NCBI GenBank assembly: GCA_046482545.1
Contig: JAWOEX010000032.1
Location: 96,001-160,000, forward strand
Length of the DNA: 64,000 bases
From: Candidatus Thorarchaeota archaeon
Lineage (GTDB): Archaea > Asgardarchaeota > Thorarchaeia > Thorarchaeales > Thorarchaeaceae
Reading direction: 5' to 3'
Part shown: piece by piece, positions 8,531-18,172 of the stretch
Layout of the letters: each line of letters begins with the position of its first letter
Position numbering within the stretch: the first letter of the stretch is position 1
Position numbers and translations under genes: made by a program
The notes under the pieces: generated by a model
Seen by the model: only the letters and a program-made list of their open reading frames with translations
What the model was told of the DNA's origin: nothing
The model's database searches: none

Positions 8531-10238
8531 TAGGGGCTGGAAATGCCCCTTCCCATCTAATGAGGGCAAGATGCTCGCTAATGATCGTGTCCGCAAGACT
8601 GTTGCACCCTATGGTTCGGAAACATCAGTTCTTAAGTAGTATTTTGTAAATAATGTCGTTGGCGAACGAAATGTCCCGAAGATTGCCCTTCCTAGCTATT
8701 TTCTCATTGCTTGTAATCTCAGTCGTCGGAGTGCCACTTGCACGATGGGACACTGCCGCGACTGATAATCAGCTTGAAAATCAAGTTGTAGATGCTGATG
8801 AAGTCTTTCCTAGAGGCCCTACCGTCCACATGGTGAATAAGACTGCAGCCATGATTTACTGGAAGACGGACACACAAACAACTGCTACAGTCAATTACGG
8901 AAATGCTTCGGACAACCTGGATTCAAGCGTAGAAAATTCGACTCTTGCTAAGGAGCACAGAGTCTGGATTGATGGTCTAACTGCGGACACGACTGTATAC
9001 TATGAGGCGGTTTCCGATGGTACCAGCAGCGAGGTATATCATTTCAAGACTGAGCCCGAAGATGGTGAACCGTTCAAGCTCATCATAATGGGTGACAACA
9101 GACCCAGTGGGTCACTCGACCCAGAGCAACCTGAGACGTTTAAAGATATGATGGATATGGTGCGCAATGAAGAGCCACATCTTGTGATAATGAGTGGAGA
9201 CTACGTATACAAGCTCTCGGATACCAACCCCAGTAGTAATGCGATTGCTTGGGGAAAATTCCTCAACGTCACCGACAAAGTTGGCCATTACACACCTATA
9301 TACGGCGCTATCGGAAATCATGATACTACTTCAGGGGACCACTACGCAGATGGATTCCTCGACGTCTTTCAGCAGTACGGTGGCGATTCTACCTATTTCT
9401 CCTTCGATTATGCCGGCGTTCACTTCACATTTATCGATACCGAAATACCTGGGTTCGAAGGTAGAATAACCGGGGACCAGTACGATTGGCTGGTAGATGA
9501 TCTCGAAAGTACGAATAAAATGGCAAAATATGTGATAGGTCATCAGCCGATGTACCCGCTCAGCCATTTAGGCAGCTCCATGGATGTAAATATAACAGAG
9601 CGAAATCGCTTGCAGGACTTGTTTGAAGAACAGAATGTTACTCTGTATGCATGTGGCCATGACCACCTCTTCGATAGATTGACAGTGAATGGTGTTGTAC
9701 ATATTATCTCGGGAGGCGCTGGAGCACCAGTATACTCCACTCCTTGGGGCGGGGCGTATAATCACTACCTGCGAGTTAACATCTCATATTCGGAGACAGC
9801 CTTCGAAGCCATAAGAATGAATGGAGCCGTGGCTGAAAACTACACTCTACCATATGAAGGTCATATTGAGATTGCTTTGCGAAGAATCGCTAACACCACA
9901 AGTGGCAGGCCCGATGAATCGCCAGCGATTTACTTCAGCGAGGTACCTGAAGAAGTATATTATTCTTGGGATGGTGGTGACAACAGCACTGAGCTGGGGA
10001 CATTACCTGAGACCAATGGAGTTCATTCTTTGGATGTGTTTGCCAAAGGCTCAGATGGAGTATGGAATCACAAATACTATGAGTTCACTACAGTAGGCGG
10101 CGAAGAGACGGAAACGACCACAACTCCACCTCCCTCAGGTATCAACCCTCTCCTCATTGCAGGTGTGATTGGGGTTGCAGCTGTAATTGTGGTTATCGTA
10201 GTATATAGATTGAAAATGAGTACCACATGATAGGGGCT
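8341..10238 (+). repeat. near-identical direct repeat pair 8341-8538 / 10041-10238 (3' ends of the tandem phosphatases)
   Basis: 198 bp with 3 mismatches by direct comparison; a second identical 50-bp tract at 7199-7248 / 8899-8948. Confidence 0.9.
8671..10230 (+). CDS. secreted, C-terminally anchored metallophosphoesterase (purple-acid-phosphatase-like), copy 2
   Basis: GDNR, GDYVY, GNHD, GHQP, GHDH; tandem paralog at 1700-bp offset. Confidence 0.88.
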   Translation: MSRRLPFLAIFSLLVISVVGVPLARWDTAATDNQLENQVVDADEVFPRGPTVHMVNKTAAMIYWKTDTQTTATVNYGNASDNLDSSVENSTLAKEHRVWIDGLTADTTVYYEAVSDGTSSEVYHFKTEPEDGEPFKLIIMGDNRPSGSLDPEQPETFKDMMDMVRNEEPHLVIMSGDYVYKLSDTNPSSNAIAWGKFLNVTDKVGHYTPIYGAIGNHDTTSGDHYADGFLDVFQQYGGDSTYFSFDYAGVHFTFIDTEIPGFEGRITGDQYDWLVDDLESTNKMAKYVIGHQPMYPLSHLGSSMDVNITERNRLQDLFEEQNVTLYACGHDHLFDRLTVNGVVHIISGGAGAPVYSTPWGGAYNHYLRVNISYSETAFEAIRMNGAVAENYTLPYEGHIEIALRRIANTTSGRPDESPAIYFSEVPEEVYYSWDGGDNSTELGTLPETNGVHSLDVFAKGSDGVWNHKYYEFTTVGGEETETTTTPPPSGINPLLIAGVIGVAAVIVVIVVYRLKMSTT

Positions 10239-10357
10239 AGAAACGCCCCATCCATCTAATTCATTCAGAAAATGTTGGCTGGCAGAATAACTAAATCACA
10301 TTCTGGCAAAGACTGTAGGTGCAGAGGGCCTTTCTGGCCTTCTTCACCCAGCATGTT

Positions 10358-10717
10358 TTATAGAGCGTCTTTGACATCGAATGCCAATTTACCGGCTTCT
10401 TTTGTTTGAAGCCCAATATCGATTTTGTGCTCTCCTTCGGCGAGCTGCTCACCCTTCACTTTAATGGCAATTTCAACCCCAACTTTGATTGGGATGGGGT
10501 TGTCCTCTGACACTTCTGAGCCCGTGACTTCAGCTTCTTCGGATTTGATGACCGTATCCTCTAGGGGATATTCTGTATCATCAATCTTGATGGGATCCAT
10601 AGCTGTTGCTGTGCCCGGGGATAATGAATTCTTGATTTTAAAGACGAATCCATCATCGACGTTCTCTAGGCTGCCTTTAATGTATAGTTTGCGAAGTAGA
10701 AATGCTGGAATCTGCAA
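10358..10717 (-). CDS. conserved archaeal-type hypothetical beta-sandwich protein
   Basis: LLRKLYIKGSLENVDDGFVFKIKN; TTG start after GGAGG. Confidence 0.7.
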   Translation of the reverse strand: MQIPAFLLRKLYIKGSLENVDDGFVFKIKNSLSPGTATAMDPIKIDDTEYPLEDTVIKSEEAEVTGSEVSEDNPIPIKVGVEIAIKVKGEQLAEGEHKIDIGLQTKEAGKLAFDVKDAL

Positions 10718-10881
10718 TTTCTTAGTTCCTCCTGAGAGTAGACAAATCATAAACATCGTTAGTAATCTTTTATAGATTGCGGCCTCCCTTATGGCTCCAA
10801 AAATCAGTGCTGGCTGGCAAATGTAATAAGGAGCTTTTTGGAAATTAGCTCAGACAAATCCCAAGAAGAGGAGAACTACTA

Positions 10882-11235
10882 TTGCAGTTTCCATTCTATC
10901 CCTTTGATTTCTTTTTCGGCTTTTTTGGAATGTTCGCTCTATTTCCCATAATCTTCATCATCATTTTCATAGCAGTGCTTGTGAAGATGTGTCGGGGAAT
11001 GAGCCAAGGAATCTCAGGCGTTACCGTTCAGCCTCCTGCTTTCGTAATTCCAGAGAAACGCCGCCGAGACTCGACTCGTTCTGATGGCTCTAGTATGCAA
11101 ACAGTACGGCTTCCAGAACGCTGTCCTAGTTGCGGGGCTTCATTATCTCATGAGACCATAGACTGGGTGGGCCCACTAGAAGCCAAGTGCAGCTATTGTG
11201 GTGGTACTGTGCGAGCATCATTTGAGGAGATATAA
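10882..11235 (+). CDS. membrane protein with C-terminal zinc ribbon
   Basis: N-terminal TM helix; CPSC...CSYC. Confidence 0.7.
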   Translation: MQFPFYPFDFFFGFFGMFALFPIIFIIIFIAVLVKMCRGMSQGISGVTVQPPAFVIPEKRRRDSTRSDGSSMQTVRLPERCPSCGASLSHETIDWVGPLEAKCSYCGGTVRASFEEI

Positions 11236-11268
11236 TTTTTGACAACTCAATAATGGGAGTTTACGCAT

Positions 11269-12309
11269 TTGAAGAGCTTGATGAAAACAGATAGTGGACC
11301 TGGCAATTTGGAATTGAGGGATATTCCAAAACCCGAGCCGAGTAAAGATGAGGCATTGGTGGAAGTAAGAGCAGCCGGCATCTGTGGTACTGATGTTCAC
11401 ATAAAGCACAATCAGGCCTTTCATACCCCACCGGTGGTGCTTGGGCACGAATACTCAGGAACAGTAGTCAGTGTCGGTTCAGATGTTTCCACAATCCAAG
11501 TTGGAGATGAGGTGGTCTCTCCGGCTACTGCATATTGCGGCCAGTGTCCTCAATGCAAGACCGGTCACGTCAATCGGTGTACTGATCCCAATAGACGTAT
11601 TCTAGGGGTTTCGAGGGCAAACGGAGCTTTTGCCCAGTATCTTACGGTTCCAGAGTACATCATACACAAGGTTCCGGAGAGTGTTCCTTTGGAAGAGGCG
11701 GCATTGGCTGAGCCTACTGCATGTGTTGTTCATGCTCTCATCGAGAAAACTCCCATTTGTCCTGGGGATGTTGTTGTTATTCAGGGTCCCGGCACAATGG
11801 GCCTATTGTCTTTGCAGGTCGCCAAGGCGATGGGGGCAGGAAAAGCGATTGTCACGGGTATGTCTTCGGACAGATGGCGGCTTGATATTGCAGAGAATAC
11901 TGGTGCCGACCGTGCAATCGACATAGAAGAAGAAGATCCGGTCGAGATAGTCAACGAAGAATCGCATGGGCTTGGTGCTGACGTAGTAATCGAAGCGTCT
12001 GGCTCATGCGCTGCTTGTGGTCAAGCACTACAATTTGTGAAAGTAGCTGGCCATGTAGCTCTTCTTGGAGTCCGAGGCCGCCCGGCAGAGATTGATCTCG
12101 ATCAAATGGTAATCAAGGAGCTAACAATGACAGGCACATGGGGCACCATCCCTTCATCATGGGTTACGACCTTGAAATTGATGGCTTCACACAAAATTGA
12201 TGTTGCGCCGCTTATCACTCACCGCTTATCCCTCGACGAATGGGAAATGGGATTTCAGCTGATGGAAGAGCAGAAGGCAATTAAAGTTCTCTTTGAACAT
12301 TTTTCATAG
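11269..12309 (+). CDS. zinc-dependent alcohol/polyol dehydrogenase (MDR family)
   Basis: GICGTD, GHEYSG, structural Zn CGQCPQC...C, EPTAC, GPGTMG. Confidence 0.92.
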   Translation: MKSLMKTDSGPGNLELRDIPKPEPSKDEALVEVRAAGICGTDVHIKHNQAFHTPPVVLGHEYSGTVVSVGSDVSTIQVGDEVVSPATAYCGQCPQCKTGHVNRCTDPNRRILGVSRANGAFAQYLTVPEYIIHKVPESVPLEEAALAEPTACVVHALIEKTPICPGDVVVIQGPGTMGLLSLQVAKAMGAGKAIVTGMSSDRWRLDIAENTGADRAIDIEEEDPVEIVNEESHGLGADVVIEASGSCAACGQALQFVKVAGHVALLGVRGRPAEIDLDQMVIKELTMTGTWGTIPSSWVTTLKLMASHKIDVAPLITHRLSLDEWEMGFQLMEEQKAIKVLFEHFS

Positions 12310-12324
12310 AGAGGCTATATTGAA

Positions 12325-12768
12325 GTGAACGCCATGAAAAAAATTGCCATCATAATTTGTCAACGGTATGGAGATTGTGCAGGCGGTAAGTGTTTTAGAT
12401 CGTTACATGAACGAGAGGGTGCCTTTAGTATCTATGACGAGGAGCTACAGCTTGTAGGCTATGCAACATGTGGGGGCTGTCCAGGAGGGAACATAGAGTA
12501 TGCAGTAGACGAAATGAAAGAAAACGGCGCAGAAGTCATCCATTTGGCCACTGGGTTCTTGGTTGGCTACCCTCCCTGTCCTTGGATCGATTACTTGAAG
12601 GATTTCATTGAAGAAAAATCTGACTTGGAGGTAATTCTGGGGACCCATCCCATCCCTCCGAGCTATCTCAAAACTCATCGTGCCCTTGAGACATGGGAGG
12701 CTCCAGAATGGGAAGAGCGTTTGAAGTATGTTATGACCGATGAAAAAACACGGGATAAGTACAGTTAA
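12325..12768 (+). CDS. CGGC domain protein
   Basis: CAGGKC, TCGGCPG, PPCP, GTH. Confidence 0.88.
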   Translation: MNAMKKIAIIICQRYGDCAGGKCFRSLHEREGAFSIYDEELQLVGYATCGGCPGGNIEYAVDEMKENGAEVIHLATGFLVGYPPCPWIDYLKDFIEEKSDLEVILGTHPIPPSYLKTHRALETWEAPEWEERLKYVMTDEKTRDKYS

Positions 12769-12853
12769 CATGCCGCACAACACATTGTCAACAATGAGGA
12801 TTGATGCCCAACAGGCAATCAAGGTTCTTTTCAAGCATTCTTAGAAAGTATAG

Positions 12854-13207
12854 ATGGATGTACCGGTTGTGTATTTGACAAAAGACTCTGATTTATCGGA
12901 TTATGAACAAGTGATTGACCATGGTGTTGTAGGTGTTTGGAAGAATCGATTACTCAATGCTGAAAATGGTTCGAGTCATTTCGCGATGAGGACATATCAA
13001 ATGGAATCTGGTGGTCATACTTCATTAGACCGACACAAGCATGACCATGGGGTGTATGTCCTTGAGGGAACCCCTACTGCAGTTGTTGAGGGCGATTCGA
13101 TTCTTCTAACTCCCGGTGATGTTTTGCACGTTGCTGGAGACGAGCAACATCAATTCTTCAACAAAGCTGACGATTTGGCCAAATTCATCTGTGTAAAGAA
13201 CTACTAG
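12854..13207 (+). CDS. cupin domain protein
   Basis: HTSLDRHKHDHGVYVLEG and PGDVLHVAGDEQHQF cupin motifs. Confidence 0.88.
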   Translation: MDVPVVYLTKDSDLSDYEQVIDHGVVGVWKNRLLNAENGSSHFAMRTYQMESGGHTSLDRHKHDHGVYVLEGTPTAVVEGDSILLTPGDVLHVAGDEQHQFFNKADDLAKFICVKNY

Positions 13208-13213
13208 TCGTTT

Positions 13214-13552
13214 CTATGCCCACTTATCCAGTGCATCTTGCACCGTTGCGATGTGAGCCACTGCAGGGCCGCCACCCATAACTATCGCAACAGAACACCC
13301 TTCCATTATCTCTTCCTTGGATGCTCCCGCCGAAAGAGCCTGTTTAGTGTGGTATACCATGCAGCTCTCACACGGCTCTAGAATGCTGGCCACAATACAG
13401 ATTATTTCTTTGAACTTGCGTGGCAACGCACCGTCCTTATCGACGATTTTGAGAAGATCTGTAAACGCATTTCTTGTTTCTGGGATATCTCTATTCAGTG
13501 CACCGAAGTGTTTCTGGAAATAGCGCAATGTTTCTCCAACATCATCTGTCAT
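13214..13552 (-). CDS. carboxymuconolactone decarboxylase / AhpD family protein
   Basis: GALPRKFKEII...CESCMVYH...GASKEEI...MGGGP. Confidence 0.88.
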   Translation of the reverse strand: MTDDVGETLRYFQKHFGALNRDIPETRNAFTDLLKIVDKDGALPRKFKEIICIVASILEPCESCMVYHTKQALSAGASKEEIMEGCSVAIVMGGGPAVAHIATVQDALDKWA

Positions 13553-13659
13553 TTTTCTTACTCCTTTTTTCAGCTAGTGTGTCTAGGCTCCATGGTGAAT
13601 TGTATTGTGTTAAAGTGTTTATGGAAATACAATTTCTCCTCCAAATCTCATGTCTTGCG

Positions 13660-14469
13660 TTACTTTTCGGGTCGTTCTTTGGTAAGTGTACCTAAATTCC
13701 ACGTAGTTTTGGCATATCGGGTATTATAAAGCGAGTCAGACATGGCCCTTTCTTGGTTTGTAAACTCGTCTTCGACAAGTTCCATTCCTATGAATGTCTC
13801 AATGGTGGCGATGATAGCTTTTTTGATTTCCTGCTCGGAAGGCGGTGAATCAACTTCTTGCGCAATTGTCGTAACGATGTCTCTTTTGCTTTCCTTGCAT
13901 CTTATGGATCTGCCATCTCTTAGATAGACTGGTTGGTTTGCAGGAGGAGTTAGTGCATTCTGCAGCATTTCAAGATTGGCCGTCAGAAGAAGCGTCCCAT
14001 GGAGAAACGAAACACCCTGCTTGAGCCATCCTGCAGTCCCGGTGATTTTCTTGCCTCCTACGCGAATACAACTTCTAGTGGAATCGTAAGTGGCGTTTAT
14101 GTCAATACTCCGTAACCCCTTGGCTACGGTCCCTATGAAGTTCCAGTAGAGCTCCCTAAGGGTTCTAGAGACGTAGCTCTCAGATTGGTCAAGGCAGAAA
14201 GAAATATTTAGATTTCCTCTGTCGTGGTAAACTGTTCCCCCGCCCGTAAACCTTCTTGCTATGTCAATATTGTTTTCCCTGCAAAATTCAATATCAACTT
14301 CTTCATGAACGCACTGGAATCTTCCTAGAACTACTGAAGGGTCTGATTTCCAAAAGCGGATTGTATTTGTTTTATTGCGTGTTCCTGCGTTTATTCTGGC
14401 TAGGCTTTCCTCTAGTGCCAAATTCTTGTATATGTCGAATTCTCCATCATTCAGTACTCGCCAAGTCAT
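13660..14469 (-). CDS. lplA: lipoate-protein ligase A family (catalytic domain only)
   Basis: RRFTGGGTVYHD, KKITGTA, HGTLL; lies downstream of the E2 gene. Confidence 0.85.
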   Translation of the reverse strand: MTWRVLNDGEFDIYKNLALEESLARINAGTRNKTNTIRFWKSDPSVVLGRFQCVHEEVDIEFCRENNIDIARRFTGGGTVYHDRGNLNISFCLDQSESYVSRTLRELYWNFIGTVAKGLRSIDINATYDSTRSCIRVGGKKITGTAGWLKQGVSFLHGTLLLTANLEMLQNALTPPANQPVYLRDGRSIRCKESKRDIVTTIAQEVDSPPSEQEIKKAIIATIETFIGMELVEDEFTNQERAMSDSLYNTRYAKTTWNLGTLTKERPEK

Positions 14470-14584
14470 AGCACAACACCCGCTGAATGGTATCCTTGCT
14501 TTTGGACCCCTCAAAAATAATACTATTTGATGTTAATCGCTATTGTCATAACAGACTAGTAGAATGGGGTTGCTAAATCAACAA

Positions 14585-14670
14585 GAGGTTGCCGGTGACG
14601 GGAGGATATTCGTCACCGGCCAGAGCAGATGTTGTTTCGAGGTTGGAACCGACCAGGAAGGTTCGGTTCA
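14585..14670 (-). ncRNA. candidate two-hairpin small RNA
   Basis: Perfect 10-bp stem 14591-14600/14611-14620 and a second stem 14646-14669, each followed on the minus strand by CAACCTC; TATA-like CTTAAAT at ~14692-14698. Confidence 0.3.
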
Positions 14671-14710
14671 TGCATCATTCTTTGTGCAGAGATTTAAGGT
14701 CATATCCCCC

Positions 14711-14845
14711 GTTTCTTACAGTTGAGTAAACTCAACCTGCTTGAAGACTTCGTGTCCCACTCTTCCCCCTGCCAGCATCACCGCTCCCAAGGTACTATTG
14801 AGTTGTAGAGGCTCTATCCACATTCGTCGACTTCGACACCGCGCT
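14711..14845 (-). mobile_element. degenerate second copy of the 3' end of the element at 57777-58320
   Basis: GTTTCTTACAGTT...CCACTCTTCCCC(C)TGCCAGC...TGAGT..G(T/C)AG(A/G)GGCT aligns by eye to the reverse complement of ~58140-58320, with one internal deletion of about 40 bp. Confidence 0.75.
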
Positions 14846-14996
14846 GGATGCACACACTGAAAGATGAAATTTCAATATGAAGACTGCATTGTATGTCGAA
14901 CAAGCAACATTCTATATTCGAATAAGGGGGTTGATTGGAGCTATTCCCGTGGTGGTTTCGGGGTACTTTTGAGGCATAGCTGAAAGCTGACGCCTG

Positions 14997-16214
14997 TCAA
15001 ATTTTGAGGAAATAAGGGTTTTCCAAGGACTCCTTAAGAGAATGCAGAAACTTTCCTGCGGGGGCACCATCGAGAATACGGTGATCAACAGCACAGGATG
15101 CCATCATCATATGTCGAATTCCAATCATGCCATCCATGGCCACAGGTTTCTCTTTGATTTGTCCAAGAGCGAGAATAGCGGCTTCAGGGGGATTGACTAG
15201 GGGAATGAAGAGGTCCACTTGAAATGGACCTAGATTGCTTACAGTAAATGTGCTGCCCGAAAGTTTCTCAGAGGTCAACTCACCTTCTTGTGCTCTGTCC
15301 TTCAACTCTTGGCTTTCTTGCGCTATTTCGGTAATTGATTTTTCATTGGCCGAGAAAACGGTTGGGACTATCAGCCCCTCATCTGTTGCCATGGCGATCC
15401 CTATATTGATGTCCTCGTACATTTTGATATTGTTACCCTCAAGTGTTGCATTGAACTTAGGGAATTTCTCCAGAGTATCTGCCACAGCCTTGACAATGAT
15501 ATCATTGAACGAAATTCTAAGGGCGTGAGTCTTCTCAGTTCTTGTGTTGATTTCTTTCCTGAGCTTGACGACCTCAGTCATATCAATCTCGGTTATCATG
15601 GTGATATGAGGACGCTTCGAGCTTTCTGTCATTCGCCGAGCGATGGTTCGCCGCAACGGACTCATCGGTTCTATCTCTTTGACCTCTCTGGAATCTACCT
15701 GTACCTTAGAGGCTTCTATAACATCCTCCTCCACGATTCGGCCACTAGGTCCAGTACCATGTACCTTCTTGATGTTTACACCAAGATCCTCTGCTTTCTT
15801 TCTCGCCCGTGGAGATGCTTTGACTCTGCCCCCTCTCAACGTGGAAATCTCTCTTGGCTCGGTTGTTTCAGCTTCTCTTACAACATCGACTGCTGTCTTG
15901 GTCTTTTCAGGGGGATGTTCAGCCTGCTCCTCCACCTCTCCGAGCTTCTGGGGCTTGATATCTGGTATTTCTTCGCCCTCTTCGCCTATGATTGCTATAG
16001 GCTCGCTGATTGGAATCTCGTCATCTACTTCGCATAGCTGTTTCAGGAGTACACCCTCGTACGGAGATTCCAGTTCGAACTCGTTTTTCTCGCCGAAGAT
16101 TTCGACAACTGGCTCGCCCTTCTCGATGTGCTCACCTTCTTCTTTCAACCATTTGAGAATCACGCCATATTCCATTGCCACACTCATACGCTGCATTATC
16201 ATGATTTCTGCCAT
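14997..16214 (-). CDS. dihydrolipoamide acyltransferase E2 of a 2-oxoacid/acetoin dehydrogenase complex
   Basis: Lipoyl domain (EIFGEKNEFELESP), E3-binding ASPRARKKA..GTGPSGRI, catalytic DHRILDG. Confidence 0.93.
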   Translation of the reverse strand: MAEIMIMQRMSVAMEYGVILKWLKEEGEHIEKGEPVVEIFGEKNEFELESPYEGVLLKQLCEVDDEIPISEPIAIIGEEGEEIPDIKPQKLGEVEEQAEHPPEKTKTAVDVVREAETTEPREISTLRGGRVKASPRARKKAEDLGVNIKKVHGTGPSGRIVEEDVIEASKVQVDSREVKEIEPMSPLRRTIARRMTESSKRPHITMITEIDMTEVVKLRKEINTRTEKTHALRISFNDIIVKAVADTLEKFPKFNATLEGNNIKMYEDINIGIAMATDEGLIVPTVFSANEKSITEIAQESQELKDRAQEGELTSEKLSGSTFTVSNLGPFQVDLFIPLVNPPEAAILALGQIKEKPVAMDGMIGIRHMMMASCAVDHRILDGAPAGKFLHSLKESLENPYFLKI

Positions 16215-16228
16215 TAGACCACCTCGCT

Positions 16229-17203
16229 TCACACAATACTCTTGATTGCATTCGAAATCTGCTTCTTGTCTGGGATGAAGTAGTCTTCTAGCGTTGGGCT
16301 AAATGGCACTGGTGTATCTGGTGCATTGACACGTCTTATTGGGGCATCCAACCAATCGAAGGCTTCTTCTTGTACTAGTGCGGATATTTCTGCTGTTGTT
16401 GCGCCTGTCTTGGTTTCCTCGGTAACCAGAACCAAGCGTCCTGTTTTTACGACCGAGTCAATGAGAGTTTTCTTATCAAGAGGTACAAGTGTCCTGGGGT
16501 CGATTACCTCTACACTGATTCCTTGCTTGCTAAGCTCATCAGCAACCTCTATCGCTTGGTGCATCATCCTGAAAGTCGCCCAGACCGTTACATCCTCTCC
16601 CTCACGTCGGATTTTCGCTTCACCGAATGGAATGAGGTATTCCTCGTCTGGGACTTCTTCCTTCTTGTCGTAAACGAGTTTGTGTTCGAAGAACATAACA
16701 GGGTCGGAATCACGGATTGCGGTTTTGATTAACCCCTTGACATCGGAAGCGAACGCTGGTACTGCAACTTTGAGTCCCGGTGTGTGCATGAACCAAGCTT
16801 GTAGGCTCTGTGAGTGGTGAGATGCTATGTTCTTACCACCGCCAAACACCGTTCGCAAGACCAGTGGGACCGATGTTTGCCCTCCAAACATATATCTCAT
16901 CTTAGCTGCTTGATTACATATCTGATCCATTGCTAGCGTGATGAGGTCTCCAAACATGATTTCAGCAACTGGGCGCATGCCAGTTATCGCTGCACCGACT
17001 CCAGCGCCTGCTATGGTATTTTCTGAAATGGGCGTATCTCTAATTCTTTCCTCACCAAATTCCTCGGCAAAGCCTTTTGTCACCTTGAATGCACCGCCCC
17101 AGTTTTTGCCAATGTCTTCGCCCATCATGAAGACGCGCTCATCTCGCTGAAGCTCTTCTCTAAGACCTTCACGAAGGGCCTGTCGATAGGTCATTTCCAC
17201 CAA
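16229..17203 (-). CDS. pyruvate/acetoin dehydrogenase E1 beta subunit
   Basis: GEDIG, DTPISE, PVAEIMF, HSQS, FFEHK. Confidence 0.93.
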   Translation of the reverse strand: MVEMTYRQALREGLREELQRDERVFMMGEDIGKNWGGAFKVTKGFAEEFGEERIRDTPISENTIAGAGVGAAITGMRPVAEIMFGDLITLAMDQICNQAAKMRYMFGGQTSVPLVLRTVFGGGKNIASHHSQSLQAWFMHTPGLKVAVPAFASDVKGLIKTAIRDSDPVMFFEHKLVYDKKEEVPDEEYLIPFGEAKIRREGEDVTVWATFRMMHQAIEVADELSKQGISVEVIDPRTLVPLDKKTLIDSVVKTGRLVLVTEETKTGATTAEISALVQEEAFDWLDAPIRRVNAPDTPVPFSPTLEDYFIPDKKQISNAIKSIV

Positions 17204-18172
17204 CTAGGCCACCTCCGCAAATACGTCTTCCAAAGCTTCCTCTGGTGCTGGATGTTCAGAATCAATGGCGAATTCTGCTGCTTCATCCACTTGCTCTTGC
17301 AGGCTCTTTCGGATATTCTCAGCTTTCTTCTTCGACAACGCCTTTTTTTCAATCGCAAGGTCCGTGATGATTTCAACAGGATCTCTACTCAGCCATTCTT
17401 CTTCCTCTTCTTCTGGCCGATAATCAGCAGGGTCAAAGCGAGAGTGCCCTTTCTTCCTGTATGTTCGGCACTCGATTAGCGATGGTCCTTCACCGTTTCG
17501 TGCTCTTTCGACAGCTTTTGCTGCAGCTTTGTACACCTTCAATGCATTGTTACCATCAACTACTTCGCTGGGAATACAGTAGGCTTCTCCCCTTCTTGCT
17601 ATGCTTTGACTCGGGCACATCTGCTTAATTGCTGTTCCCATTGCGTAGAAGTTATTTTCAACAACCCAGATTACAGGCAGCTTCCAGATTGCTGACATAT
17701 TGAGAGACTCGCAAAAGGTACCGTTGTTTGAAGCTCCGTCTCCGAAGAAACATGCTACTACCTCATCGGTTCCTCTCATCTTTGCGGAGAGGGCTGCACC
17801 AACAGCTATTGGAAGACCAGATGCTACAACGCCAGTGGCGCCAAGTATTCCTACATCAAATTGAGTAATGTGCATCGACCCCCCTTTACCTTTACACGAG
17901 CCAGTCTTTTTACCGAGCAGCTCAGCCATGGCTCGCTTCATATCTGCTCCTTTCGCCACCACGTGACCATGACCACGGTGTGTACTCTGAATCCAGTCTG
18001 ATTCTTCTAGGGCAGCAGTCACGCCTGCAGCCACTGCCTCCTCGCCAAGATAGAGGTGCAGTGTACCAGGTATGAGATTGCGTCCAAAGACGTCCCAGAC
18101 CTTCTCCTCAAATAGCCTAACTTTGAGAGTTCGCGTGTACAAATCCTCTAGGGTTTCTTTTATGATGTCCAT
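17204..18172 (-). CDS. pyruvate/acetoin dehydrogenase E1 alpha subunit (TPP-dependent)
   Basis: HRGHGH, GKGGSMH, GDGA...ENN TPP motif, GHS..D. Confidence 0.93.
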   Translation of the reverse strand: MDIIKETLEDLYTRTLKVRLFEEKVWDVFGRNLIPGTLHLYLGEEAVAAGVTAALEESDWIQSTHRGHGHVVAKGADMKRAMAELLGKKTGSCKGKGGSMHITQFDVGILGATGVVASGLPIAVGAALSAKMRGTDEVVACFFGDGASNNGTFCESLNMSAIWKLPVIWVVENNFYAMGTAIKQMCPSQSIARRGEAYCIPSEVVDGNNALKVYKAAAKAVERARNGEGPSLIECRTYRKKGHSRFDPADYRPEEEEEEWLSRDPVEIITDLAIEKKALSKKKAENIRKSLQEQVDEAAEFAIDSEHPAPEEALEDVFAEVA

